This document shows positions 49,447 to 58,299 of a DNA stretch of 64,000 bases, piece by piece. Each line of letters opens with the position of its first letter. Position 1 is the first letter of the stretch. Under the pieces are notes generated by a model. The model did not search any database, was not told the origin of the DNA, and worked only from the letters and a program-made list of their open reading frames with translations. The stretch spans positions 800,001 to 864,000 of the forward strand of contig OZ219865.1 in NCBI GenBank assembly GCA_964291675.2. Direction: 5' to 3'. This stretch comes from Alphaproteobacteria bacterium (GTDB lineage: Bacteria > Pseudomonadota > Alphaproteobacteria > MPNO01). A program made the translations under genes and the position numbers.

Positions 49447-49708
49447 TCGCCAACGGGCAGCTCGCGAGACCCGACGGGCTGGAATCGGCACGGTCCGGCG
49501 GATTACTTGCATTTTACGTCGGCAACCCGGGAATACCGGGTCCACGGCCAGAGCGACTTGTCGGGATAGTGTCGATACTTGACTTGAGAGCATCCTGCGG
49601 CTCGGAAATGAAAGGCCAAGAGAGGTTGAAGACATGGAGCTCTCGGGCTCTGTTCGGCCCCAGCCAGATCGATTGGTCCCAGATCGATTCAATGTGAAAC
49701 ATTAGGGC

Positions 49709-50368
49709 CTACTCTCCCGCCTCCGCCGCCAGCCCGGCCGCGGTCTCGCCGATCCGACGGACCAGCGAGTCCACCCCCTCCCGGCGCAGGATCGCCGCGT
49801 ACTCGGACCGCTTGGTCGCCACCTCGCTGATCGTGCCCTTGAGGTAGACATCGACCGCGTGCCAGCCGTCTCGCAGGCGGCGCAGCACGTAGTTGAGCCG
49901 GATCGGCGCCTTGCCCGGCGCGACCACCTCGGTCTTGACCAGCACGGCGTTGGGGCGCAGCTCGGACGCGCCCAGGGTCCGAAAGCTCTGGCCGGACCAG
50001 CCGTCGAAGCGATGCGCGTAGGTGGCGGCGACGAGGCCGGAGAAGGCCTCGACGAAGCGATTCCTCTGGGTCTTGGAGAACCCCTTCCAGTGGCGCCGCC
50101 CGGCCACCATGCGGCTCATCAGGCGGAGATGGAAGGTCTTGCCGATGGCCGGCGCGATCAGGCGGTGCCGCCCGGCATAGCCGAGCGCCTCGGCGTTCTT
50201 CATCGCCTCGAGCAGGGTCGCGTGGAACCCCTCGACGAGCTTGACCGGGTCGGACCGGTCGGCCGCCGCCGGCGCGGCGAGGAAGACGGCTATGACGCCC
50301 GGGGCGAGCGCCCGGGCGGCGGACCGGATAGCCGGGGTCAATCGCGCCTCCACTCCTGGCGCCCTCAT
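49709..50368 (-). CDS. hpnM: HpnM / MlaC-family periplasmic lipid-binding protein
   Basis: Signal peptide, FHATLLEAMK, ATYAHRFDGWSG, DVYLKGTISEVATKRSEY; next to hpnH. Confidence 0.78.
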   Translation of the reverse strand: MRAPGVEARLTPAIRSAARALAPGVIAVFLAAPAAADRSDPVKLVEGFHATLLEAMKNAEALGYAGRHRLIAPAIGKTFHLRLMSRMVAGRRHWKGFSKTQRNRFVEAFSGLVAATYAHRFDGWSGQSFRTLGASELRPNAVLVKTEVVAPGKAPIRLNYVLRRLRDGWHAVDVYLKGTISEVATKRSEYAAILRREGVDSLVRRIGETAAGLAAEAGE

Positions 50369-50451
50369 CCTAGCGCCTCGCGCGGGCCCGCGACATTGGA
50401 CATCGACGCCGCATCGCCGGATAATCCGGCCCCGGTGGACAAGGGTCTCGC

Positions 50452-51591
50452 ATGGGCGTTCAGCTCTCGCAACAGCTCCGCATCGGCGCCTATATCCTGA
50501 AGCAGCGGCTCTCGGGGGTCAGGCGCTACCCGCTGGTCCTCATGCTGGAGCCGCTGTTCCGCTGCAACCTCGCCTGCGCCGGCTGCGGCAAGATCGACTA
50601 CCCCGACTCGATCCTCGACCGGCGGATGAGCGTCGCCGAGGCGATCGGCGCGGTCGAGGAATGCGGCGCCCCGGTGGTCTCGATCGCCGGCGGCGAGCCG
50701 CTGATCCACCGCGAGATCGACCGCATCGTCGAGGCCGTCGTGGCGCGCCGGCGCTACGTCTATCTCTGCACCAACGCGCTCTTGCTGGAGAAGAAGCTCG
50801 ACCTGTTCGAGCCGGGACCGTTCTTCTCGTTCTCCATCCATCTCGACGGTCCCCGCGCGGTGCACGACCGCTCGGTGTGCCGGGACGGGGTCTACGACGT
50901 AGCCCTCGGCGCGCTCGCCGCCGCACGGGCGCGCGGCTTCCGGGTGTCGGTCAACTGCACCCTGTTCGACGGCGTGGACGCCGGCGAGGTCGCCGGGTTC
51001 TTCGATACCGTCACCGGGCTCGGGGTCGACGGGATCACGGTCTCGCCAGGCTACGCCTATGAGCGGGCGCCGGACCAGCAGCACTTCCTCAACCGGCACA
51101 AGACAAGGGCGCTGTTCCGCGCCGTCTTCGCCCGCGCGAGCGGACGCCGATGGCCGCTCAGCCACTCGGCGCTCTATCTCGACTTCCTGGCCGGCAACCG
51201 GAGCTATCGCTGCACGCCGTGGGGCAACCCGACGCGCAACGTGTTCGGCTGGCAGCGCCCCTGCTACCTGCTCGGCGAGGGCTACGCGCCCAGCTTCCGC
51301 GCGCTGATGGAGGAGACCGACTGGGACTCCTACGGCACCGGCAACTACCAGAAATGCGCCGACTGCATGGCCCATTGCGGCTACGAGGCGACGGCGGTGG
51401 CGGACCTCGCCGCGCATCCCTGGAAGGCGCTCCCGATCGCGCTGTCGGGCATCCGCACCGAGGGGGAGATGGCGCCCGACATCCCGCTCGCCGGCGCCCG
51501 CCCGGCGGAGTACGTGTTCGCCGGGCTGGTCGAGGAACGCGCCGGGGCTCAACCCCCGGCGGGCGCGAGGGCGAACCCGTCGGGGCAGTAG
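50452..51591 (+). CDS. hpnH: Adenosyl-hopene transferase (radical SAM)
   Basis: YPLVLMLEPLFRCNLACAGCGKIDY, GGEP, CTPWGNP, KCADCMAHCGYE. Confidence 0.96.
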   Translation: MGVQLSQQLRIGAYILKQRLSGVRRYPLVLMLEPLFRCNLACAGCGKIDYPDSILDRRMSVAEAIGAVEECGAPVVSIAGGEPLIHREIDRIVEAVVARRRYVYLCTNALLLEKKLDLFEPGPFFSFSIHLDGPRAVHDRSVCRDGVYDVALGALAAARARGFRVSVNCTLFDGVDAGEVAGFFDTVTGLGVDGITVSPGYAYERAPDQQHFLNRHKTRALFRAVFARASGRRWPLSHSALYLDFLAGNRSYRCTPWGNPTRNVFGWQRPCYLLGEGYAPSFRALMEETDWDSYGTGNYQKCADCMAHCGYEATAVADLAAHPWKALPIALSGIRTEGEMAPDIPLAGARPAEYVFAGLVEERAGAQPPAGARANPSGQ

Positions 51592-51797
51592 GCGTCGCCG
51601 TTGGCGCGCCACAGGATTTCGGTCTTGCGCTCGGCGGCGAAGAGCGTTTCCGAATCGCCGGTGCAGACGCAGTCCATAGTCTGACAGGCGAGCGCGAGGT
51701 CGGGCGCCTCGCGGTCGGGCCCGTCCCCGCCGCAGGCGGCGAGCGCAAGGACGAGCGCGGCGGCGAGCGAAATCGCGGCTGCACGCTTCGAGGTCAT
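51549..51797 (-). CDS. Small lipoprotein, hypothetical
   Basis: Lipobox LAAC, four further Cys; ATGA-coupled to the upstream SBP. Confidence 0.65.
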   Translation of the reverse strand: MTSKRAAAISLAAALVLALAACGGDGPDREAPDLALACQTMDCVCTGDSETLFAAERKTEILWRANGDAYCPDGFALAPAGG

Positions 51798-52777
51798 CGC
51801 CGCATGCCCATCCCGTGCCCCTTGTTGACGAAGCCGAGGTCGAAGGCGGCCATGTGGTCCATCGCCGCCTTGTACACCCCGGCGCGCACCATCGCATCGA
51901 AGAACGCCGCGAGCCGGGCCTCGGTCATGGCGCCGATGCCGAGCTTCAGCGCATCGCCCGAATCGACGATGCCGTGCTCCTTCATCTTGGCGATCCCGTA
52001 GTCGATCAGGGCGTCGGGCATATCAGGATTAGTTTTTTTTATCAACAGGTTGCCCGGGGTCGGATCGCCGTAGAGATAGCTGTACCAGCCCTCGATCGAG
52101 GCATCGACAAAGCGCTGCACGACGTGCGGGCGCGTTGCCGCGAGCGCCTTGGAGACCGTCACCAGCGTGGAATAGGCCGGCCAGCCCGTCTCGGCGATCA
52201 GGAAGACCTTCGGCCGGACGCCGGCGTTCAGCGCCATGAAGGGCTCGGAGGTGACGTAGCCCTGCTGGATCGCGTCGGGGTTCACCAGGAACGGCGCGAG
52301 GTTGAAGGTGTAGCGCCGGATCTGGCTCTCGTCGAAGCCGAAGCGCAGCTCGAAATAGCGCCACCAGGTGTCGCGCGCATCGGCCGAGATCATGATCGGC
52401 CTTCCCTTCATCCCGGCGATCGAGCGGATCGGCGAGCCGGGATGGGTCAACAGCACCTGCGGGTCCTTCTGGAAGAACGCGGCCACGGTGACCATGGGAA
52501 TGCCGTGTTTGAGGAAGTTGAGCGCCTCGGCGTTGTTGCTGATCATCGCCGCATCGAGCACGCCCGCGGCGAGCAGCTGGTTGTGGTTCACCTGCGGCCC
52601 GCCCTCGCGGATCGTCACCTCCAGCCCGTGGCGCAAATAGCGGCCCTCGGCGAGCGCCTGGTAGAACCCGCCATGCTCCGCCTCGGCCTTCCAGTTGGTG
52701 CCGAACACGAATCTGTCCGCCGCCCCGGCCGGCAGCGCGAGCCAGAGCGCGGCGAGAAGCGCGATCGCCCGGGTCAT
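51794..52777 (-). CDS. NMT1/THI5-like ABC substrate-binding protein
   Basis: Signal peptide, TNWKAEAEHGGFYQA, GGPQVN, QKDPQ, QGYVTSEP. Confidence 0.88.
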   Translation of the reverse strand: MTRAIALLAALWLALPAGAADRFVFGTNWKAEAEHGGFYQALAEGRYLRHGLEVTIREGGPQVNHNQLLAAGVLDAAMISNNAEALNFLKHGIPMVTVAAFFQKDPQVLLTHPGSPIRSIAGMKGRPIMISADARDTWWRYFELRFGFDESQIRRYTFNLAPFLVNPDAIQQGYVTSEPFMALNAGVRPKVFLIAETGWPAYSTLVTVSKALAATRPHVVQRFVDASIEGWYSYLYGDPTPGNLLIKKTNPDMPDALIDYGIAKMKEHGIVDSGDALKLGIGAMTEARLAAFFDAMVRAGVYKAAMDHMAAFDLGFVNKGHGMGMRR

Positions 52778-52787
52778 CGGCGGTCCC

Positions 52788-53966
52788 TCACAGCCGCGGG
52801 TCGACCGACGGCAGGCCGAAGCGGATGCGCCCGGCATTGGTCGCCTGCATGTCCCAAGCCTGGGTGATCTGCTGCCCCACGGCATGCACGTCGCGCCAGG
52901 CGCGCATGAACGGATTGGCCGCATCCAGCCCGCGCGCGCCCAAGAGCGGATAGAGCCGCTCGACCGCGCGGATCGAGAGCTGGGTCGCGTAGGCGTTGTT
53001 GAGCCGCCAGCGGGCGCGCTGTTCGAGCTCGGGGTGGATGTCGCGCTCGGCGAACTCGTTCGCCTCGGCGCTGACCTGGAGAAGCAGCGCCAGCGCCGCG
53101 TCGATCTCGGCATTGGCCTCGGCGACCCGGGCCTGGGCGGTCGGCAGCTCGGCGAGCTTGACGCCGACGACGCCCACCCGGTCGCGGAATTCGTGCTCGA
53201 CATAGTCGAGCGCGCCGCGCGCGATGCCGACCGCCGGGGCGGGGAAGATCTGGGTGCCCGACGACCAGATGGAGATCTGGTAGAGCGGCGCCGAGTTGAT
53301 GTGCCGGCTGAGCCCCCTGCCGCCGGACAGCACGCCGGCGGCGACGGTCCGGTAGTTCGGCACGAACACCTCCTTCAGCCGCACCGACTTGCTGCCGGTC
53401 GCCAGCAGCCCGGTCGCGTTCCAGTCGTCGACGATCTCGAACGAGCCCTTGGGCACCAGCGCGAAGCGCGGCTCGGGCGGGCCGTCCTCCTGCGGCACGA
53501 AGACCTGGAGGTGGAGATAGTCGGCGAAGTCGACGCCGCTGGAAAAGCTCCACAGCCCGTCGAGCAGCACGCCGTCGTCCACCGGCGTCGCGGTCGCGCC
53601 GGAGACCGAGAGGCCGGAGGCGATCAGCGCCTCCGGGTTGTCGCCCCAGACGTCGTCCTGGGCCTCGACGCAGTTCATCGACAGCACCAGGCTGTGCGCC
53701 ACCAGGTTGGTGAACACCCAGGCGCTCGACCCGCAGCCGCGGCCGAGCTGGACGGCGATGTCGATGATCGTCCGGTTCTCGCATTCCAGCCCGCCATAGC
53801 GCCTCGGCTGGAAGATCCGGTAGAACCCGGCGTCGAGGAAATCCCGATGGGTCGAATCGGGCATCCGGCGCAGCGCGTCCGCCTCCTTCTGGCGTTCCAG
53901 CAGCACCGGCACCATCGCCGCCGCCTTCCCGGTCAGCGACTCGCGCAGGCTTCCATCCGCGGCCAT
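52788..53966 (-). CDS. Flavin-dependent monooxygenase oxygenase subunit (HsaA/C2 acyl-CoA-DH fold)
   Basis: QPRRYGG, GCGSSAW, WSFSSG, DDWNATGLLATGS, WRDVH. Confidence 0.88.
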   Translation of the reverse strand: MAADGSLRESLTGKAAAMVPVLLERQKEADALRRMPDSTHRDFLDAGFYRIFQPRRYGGLECENRTIIDIAVQLGRGCGSSAWVFTNLVAHSLVLSMNCVEAQDDVWGDNPEALIASGLSVSGATATPVDDGVLLDGLWSFSSGVDFADYLHLQVFVPQEDGPPEPRFALVPKGSFEIVDDWNATGLLATGSKSVRLKEVFVPNYRTVAAGVLSGGRGLSRHINSAPLYQISIWSSGTQIFPAPAVGIARGALDYVEHEFRDRVGVVGVKLAELPTAQARVAEANAEIDAALALLLQVSAEANEFAERDIHPELEQRARWRLNNAYATQLSIRAVERLYPLLGARGLDAANPFMRAWRDVHAVGQQITQAWDMQATNAGRIRFGLPSVDPRL

Positions 53967-54043
53967 TGGGTTCTCTCCGCCTCTAGGGTTTTGGTTGCGC
54001 AGTTTCGTGTCTTGCCATGCCCTGTCACTTCACCCGTCTTGCC

Positions 54044-54155
54044 CGTCCTTCGATACGCCCGCCTCCGGCGGGCTACTCAGGATGAGGAGGGGTTGGTTGG
54101 CCGCAAGAGAAATCTCCTCATCCCGAGTAGCCCCGCAGGGGCGTATCGAGGGACG
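54044..54155. repeat. Family B palindrome pair
   Basis: CGTCCTTCGATACG..CTACTCAGGATGAGG / CCTCATCCCGAGTAG..GTATCGAGGGACG. Confidence 0.88.
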
Positions 54156-54187
54156 CCTCAGCGCATCGCTCCCTGCCGAAACGGGCA

Positions 54188-55822
54188 CTACCCCTCCCCC
54201 TCCACGTCGCGCACCGAGGTCTCGGGCACCAGACCGGGGCGCTGGCGTTGCAGGGTGCGCCGTCCGTTCTCCAGATAATGCCCGCCCGCCGCGCGGCGCG
54301 CCGCCTGCTCCCAATCGTCCGACCAGTCGCCGAGCGAGTAGCCGTGCCACGGCGATTCGGGCTTGAGCTTCGGCAGGCCGAGCCGGTCCCAGAGCGCCTT
54401 CGCGCCCTCCATGTAGTCGCGCCCGGGCAGCGCGAGCGGCGGCATGGGCGACTTCATCGTCGCGTCGATCAGCAGCGTCGAGTCCTCCTCGCCCGCATGC
54501 TCGCGCTTGGGCCCGTGGCCCTGCCCGCGATGCGGCAGGGCGACCACGTCCTCGACCGGGTTGTGGCGGTAGGCCATCGCCCACAGCAGCGCGTCCGCGT
54601 TGTCGGGGTCGATGTCGTCGTTGACCGCGATGCAGATCTTGCCGCAATCGCCCTTGAAGCTCGCGGCGCCGTAGAGCGCGCGCCATACCTCGGTGCGCGG
54701 CGCGCCGCGTTCCAGGGTGACGATCGTCACCCGGAGCAGCCCGGTCAGCTTCTCGTGCAGCGCCACCCCGGTGACCGCCTTGACGCCGAGCGCGTCCCGC
54801 AAATGGCCGAGGAACAGCGGCTCGTAGGCGACCCGCTTGATGACGCTCGATTCCGACGGCGCGACCTGGCTGATATAGGACGGGATGACCGGGCTCGCCT
54901 TGCGGGTGATCGCGGTGATGCGCATCGGCATGTTGAACTCTTCGAGCGCGACATGGCCGTGGCTCTCGCCGAACGGCCCCTCGGGCTCCAGCAAGTGGGT
55001 GTCGATCTCGCCCTCGATCACCAGCTCGGCCTCGGCCGGGACCAGCAGGTCCACCGTCTTCGCGCGCACCACGTTGATCGGCTCGCCGGCGAGCCCGCCC
55101 GCGATGTCGAGCTCGTCCACGTCCAGCCCGAGCTTCTGCGGCCCCATGAAGGCCACATAGGGCGGGCAGCCGAGCACGATGGCGCAGGGCAGGGTCTCGC
55201 CCTTCGCCTTGTGCTTCTTCCAGTGGACGTAGCCGCCGGCGCCGCCCACCCGGGTCGCCATGCGGACGACCAGCCGGTCCGGCGCCTTGAGCGCGGCGCG
55301 GTAGGTGCCCATATTCTGCACCCCGGTCTCGGGATCGCGGGTGATCACGTTGGTCGCCGCCAGCGTCGGCGCGCTGTCGAAGCCCGGCGTCGAGATCGGG
55401 ATCGGCAGGGCGTCGAGCCCGTTGCCCTCGCCGGCAAGCGCCTCGCCCGCGACCACCACCTCCTGGCAGGGTGCGGCATTGACCCGGCGCGGCGGCACCG
55501 GCCGGGCGATGGCGCGGTCCCAGCGCGCCGGGATGTCGGCGATCCCGGCCCGCATGCCGACGCCGTAGACCGCCCGGTTGGCGGCCAGCGCGCCGATCAC
55601 CACGGGGATGTCGTAGCGCCGGTCCAGGCTGTCGGTCACGTTGCGGAACAGGAAGGCGCGGCGCTCTTCCTCGTCGAGCCCGCCGCGGAACTGCCAGCGC
55701 ACCAGGGGCACCATCTCGGTGTCCTTGTTGACCGGCTCGTCGACGGTCAGCAGCAGCCCGGCCGCATCGAGCGCGGCCAGATGGTCCTGCAAATCGGCAT
55801 AGCCGCGGTTGGCGCCCGCCAT
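54188..55822 (-). CDS. UbiD family prFMN-dependent (de)carboxylase
   Basis: AFLFRNV, NMGTYR, VPAEAELVIEG, EGPFGE, DDIDP, IDAT. Confidence 0.9.
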   Translation of the reverse strand: MAGANRGYADLQDHLAALDAAGLLLTVDEPVNKDTEMVPLVRWQFRGGLDEEERRAFLFRNVTDSLDRRYDIPVVIGALAANRAVYGVGMRAGIADIPARWDRAIARPVPPRRVNAAPCQEVVVAGEALAGEGNGLDALPIPISTPGFDSAPTLAATNVITRDPETGVQNMGTYRAALKAPDRLVVRMATRVGGAGGYVHWKKHKAKGETLPCAIVLGCPPYVAFMGPQKLGLDVDELDIAGGLAGEPINVVRAKTVDLLVPAEAELVIEGEIDTHLLEPEGPFGESHGHVALEEFNMPMRITAITRKASPVIPSYISQVAPSESSVIKRVAYEPLFLGHLRDALGVKAVTGVALHEKLTGLLRVTIVTLERGAPRTEVWRALYGAASFKGDCGKICIAVNDDIDPDNADALLWAMAYRHNPVEDVVALPHRGQGHGPKREHAGEEDSTLLIDATMKSPMPPLALPGRDYMEGAKALWDRLGLPKLKPESPWHGYSLGDWSDDWEQAARRAAGGHYLENGRRTLQRQRPGLVPETSVRDVEGEG

Positions 55823-55918
55823 CAGCACTTCTCCCCCACAGCGGCGGACCGCGCCGCGCCGGCATGATGCCACCGCGCGCCCGGCGGGCCAATGCCGGGG
55901 GCGTCCTTCGCCCAGCCC

Positions 55919-55954
55919 GTCATGCCCGGCCCCTGGAACAAGTCCGGCCATGAC
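55919..55954. repeat. Family A palindrome variant
   Basis: GTCATGCCCGG..AAGTCCGGCCATGAC. Confidence 0.75.
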
Positions 55955-55962
55955 GCGGGAGG

Positions 55963-56400
55963 CTACCCCGGCGCGTCGACCAGCACGGCGGCGAAGCGGC
56001 AGGGGCGGTCGCCGGTGTTGCGCCAGGCGTGGTTGGTGCCGCGCTGCACCAGGCAGTCGCCGGGCCGCAGCGGGACCTCGCTGTCGTCCAGCACCAGGTT
56101 CATCTCGCCCTCGATCATCACCACGTAGTCGATGGTCGCGGTGCGGTGCATCTCCAGCTCCTGGTCGGGCTGGAGCTCGAGCACCCGGAAGATGGTGCCG
56201 CCGCCCGGCGGCGGGCGGCCGACCTCGCGCGCGCCGGCGTCCTCGTTCCCCCGATTGGGCGGAGTCTCGCCGTCGGTGGTCCAGATCAGCCGCGAATCGT
56301 GGCCCGGCCGCCGCGACGTCGCATTGGCCGCGAAGTCGTCGACGATCGCCACCGACCTGCCGGCCTCGTCGTGACCGGTGACCACCCGCCTCACCTTCAT
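55963..56400 (-). CDS. Cupin domain protein
   Basis: RRVVTGHD, MHRTATIDY, GDCLVQRGTNHAWRN. Confidence 0.88.
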   Translation of the reverse strand: MKVRRVVTGHDEAGRSVAIVDDFAANATSRRPGHDSRLIWTTDGETPPNRGNEDAGAREVGRPPPGGGTIFRVLELQPDQELEMHRTATIDYVVMIEGEMNLVLDDSEVPLRPGDCLVQRGTNHAWRNTGDRPCRFAAVLVDAPG

Positions 56401-56464
56401 CGCTCGCCTCCCCTGCCGCCCCGGATATAATGCGCGCCGTTTCCAATCGCCCGGAGACCGGACC

Positions 56465-56968
56465 ATGACCTACACGCTCGAACGGCTTGCCGCAGACTGC
56501 CACGCGGCGATCGCTGCCGACAACGGGCCGGACGGCCGCGAGAGGGTGCGCAGGCATGTCGAGACGGCGCTCGGGGACGCGGCGTTCGTCGCCGCCCATC
56601 TCGGCCCCGACAACGATTCGCCGCGCAAGATCCTGTACGAGGACCCCGATCACGGGTTCTGCATCCTCGCCCATGTCTACGAGGGGGCGAAGGGCAGCAC
56701 GCCGCACGACCACGGCCCGTCCTGGGCGATCTACGGCCAGGCCGAGGGGGTGACCGAGATGACCGAATGGCGCAAGCTCAAGGCGCCCGAGGGCGACGCG
56801 CCCGGCGTGGTCGAGCCGGTCCGGGTCTACGACCTCGAGCCCGGCATGGCGGCCTGCTACAACGAGGGCGACCTGCACTCGCCGAGGCGCGAGGACACCA
56901 CGCGGCTGATCCGCATCGAAGGCACCAATCTCGAAGGTATGAAGCGCGACCGCTACGTCCCGGCGTGA
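56465..56968 (+). CDS. Cysteine-dioxygenase-like cupin
   Basis: LYEDPDHGFCILAH, PHDHGPSWAIYGQ, GDLHSP. Confidence 0.75.
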   Translation: MTYTLERLAADCHAAIAADNGPDGRERVRRHVETALGDAAFVAAHLGPDNDSPRKILYEDPDHGFCILAHVYEGAKGSTPHDHGPSWAIYGQAEGVTEMTEWRKLKAPEGDAPGVVEPVRVYDLEPGMAACYNEGDLHSPRREDTTRLIRIEGTNLEGMKRDRYVPA

Positions 56969-57028
56969 GGGTGCGGATCGGCAACGGCAGCGCCGCGCCG
57001 ATACGCGGGACCGTCTGCGGCCCCCTTT

Positions 57029-57256
57029 GTCACCCCGGACTCGTTACCGGGCGCCCATGGGCAGGGCGGGGTGGACCGGGTGCAGCCCGCGTCGTCGTCA
57101 CACCTCCACCCCTCGTCATGCCCGGCCCCCGGAACGAGTCCGGGGGCGATCCGGGCACCCACTGCCGCCGCCGCCCCTCTCGCCCGGCCGCCGTGCGCGG
57201 AGGGGCCGCATGGATGGCCGGAACCCCCCGGACTCGTTCCGGGGGCCGGCCATGAC
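57029..57256. repeat. Family A palindrome cluster with two nested units
   Basis: Inner CCCCCGGAACGAGTCCGGGGG (57126-57146) and its inverse (57225-57245). Confidence 0.88.
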
Positions 57257-57440
57257 GAATGAAAGGACGGCAAGAATAACCGGTGCGCGCAGGGTCCTGC
57301 CGGTCGGGAGCGTCGGCCTGTCCGACCGCGAAACGGTCTTTCGCACGCTGGCCGGCACGGTCGGCGAGCTCGCCCCGTGCCTGCCGGACGGCGAATGCGG
57401 CGAGCGGACCAGCTGGATCGGCGGCGTCGCGGGGGCGTAG
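57252..57440 (+). pseudogene. Truncated N-terminal fragment of a MetE-like/hypothetical protein
   Basis: VGSVGL..ETVFR..PDGECGERTSWI resembles the N-terminus of a longer family (HLVGS..PDGETGER..W); stops after 62 codons. Confidence 0.45.
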
Positions 57441-57510
57441 CTGCGGCTCGTCCGGGCGACGAAGCTCGGCGCCGAGGCGAGCTTCATCGTCGTCTCTCCC
57501 ACGGGAGCCG

Positions 57511-58278
57511 TCACGCGTCCCCCGTGCCGTCCGGCGCGACATCGAATATCTCGACGGCGAGCGAGCGGTTCTCGGGGCCGCTCGACCCTCCCGGGCAGGC
57601 CGAGACCGCCGCCAGGCAGTCGATCTCGGCGATCAGCTCGACATGGTCGCCCTTGCGGGCATCGGACGGCAGGTAGAACGGCCGGCCGTCGGCGTTGAGC
57701 CCGGTGGTCATGAAGATGTTGAACGGATCGGGGACGTGCTCGGGGCCGAGGCCGAACGGCGCGATGGCGGCGGCCAGATTGTCCTGGCAGTTGGGCTGGC
57801 CGATGCGGCCGTGCACCAGCTCGTAGAGCCGCGCGTCGCAGCGGCAGAACAGGAGGTCGTGCGAGCGCGCCCCGTCCGGCAGGTCCAGATGCGCGACCGT
57901 GTCGGCGATCAGCGTCATCATCGGACGCGTCCTCGGCGGCGTGCTCCACAGCCGGTCGCCGACATCGAGGTGGCCGCCATGGACCACCCGCGTCCGCGCC
58001 GACCAGAACCGCTCGCTCGGATCGTCGGCCGAGAAGACGATGAAATCGGCCACCTGCGGGCCCTCGGGGCAGCCGATCCTGAGCACCTGGCCGGCGGCGA
58101 CGGCAAATCCCCGCCCCTCGCGCGCCGGGACCTCGAAGCGCTCGACGAGGGTGGCTGCGATCTCGCGCCGGGCGATCCGGGCGTAGCGGGCGCTCAGCGC
58201 GGCGTCTGGGCCGAACGCCGCGTAGCCCTCCGTGCCGGCCATCGAAAGGGTCGCCCGTCCGGCTTCGGCATCGGCCAT
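57511..58278 (-). CDS. Urea carboxylase-associated / DUF1989 family protein
   Basis: VPAREG, GPQVAD, SHDLLFCRC, NCQDNL, FNIFM, SACP. Confidence 0.85.
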   Translation of the reverse strand: MADAEAGRATLSMAGTEGYAAFGPDAALSARYARIARREIAATLVERFEVPAREGRGFAVAAGQVLRIGCPEGPQVADFIVFSADDPSERFWSARTRVVHGGHLDVGDRLWSTPPRTRPMMTLIADTVAHLDLPDGARSHDLLFCRCDARLYELVHGRIGQPNCQDNLAAAIAPFGLGPEHVPDPFNIFMTTGLNADGRPFYLPSDARKGDHVELIAEIDCLAAVSACPGGSSGPENRSLAVEIFDVAPDGTGDA

Positions 58279-58299
58279 GTCCCGTCTCCCCGCTCGGGT

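Larger units (their letters stand above)
34659..49708. mobile_element. Putative ~15-kb PKS island between hpnC and hpnM
   Basis: AT-richer edges, TrwC remnant, cargo unrelated to flanking hpn genes; exact ends not identifiable. Confidence 0.55.

Noticed and set aside
49664-49701. CCAGATCGATT direct repeat and GTGAAACA parS-like half-site at the island edge
   Set aside because: Only a half-site and an 11-bp doublet, with no matching sequence at the other island edge
54188-56878. 896-aa extended UbiD
   Set aside because: The N-terminal extension runs through a repeat and two other genes; the real start is at 55822
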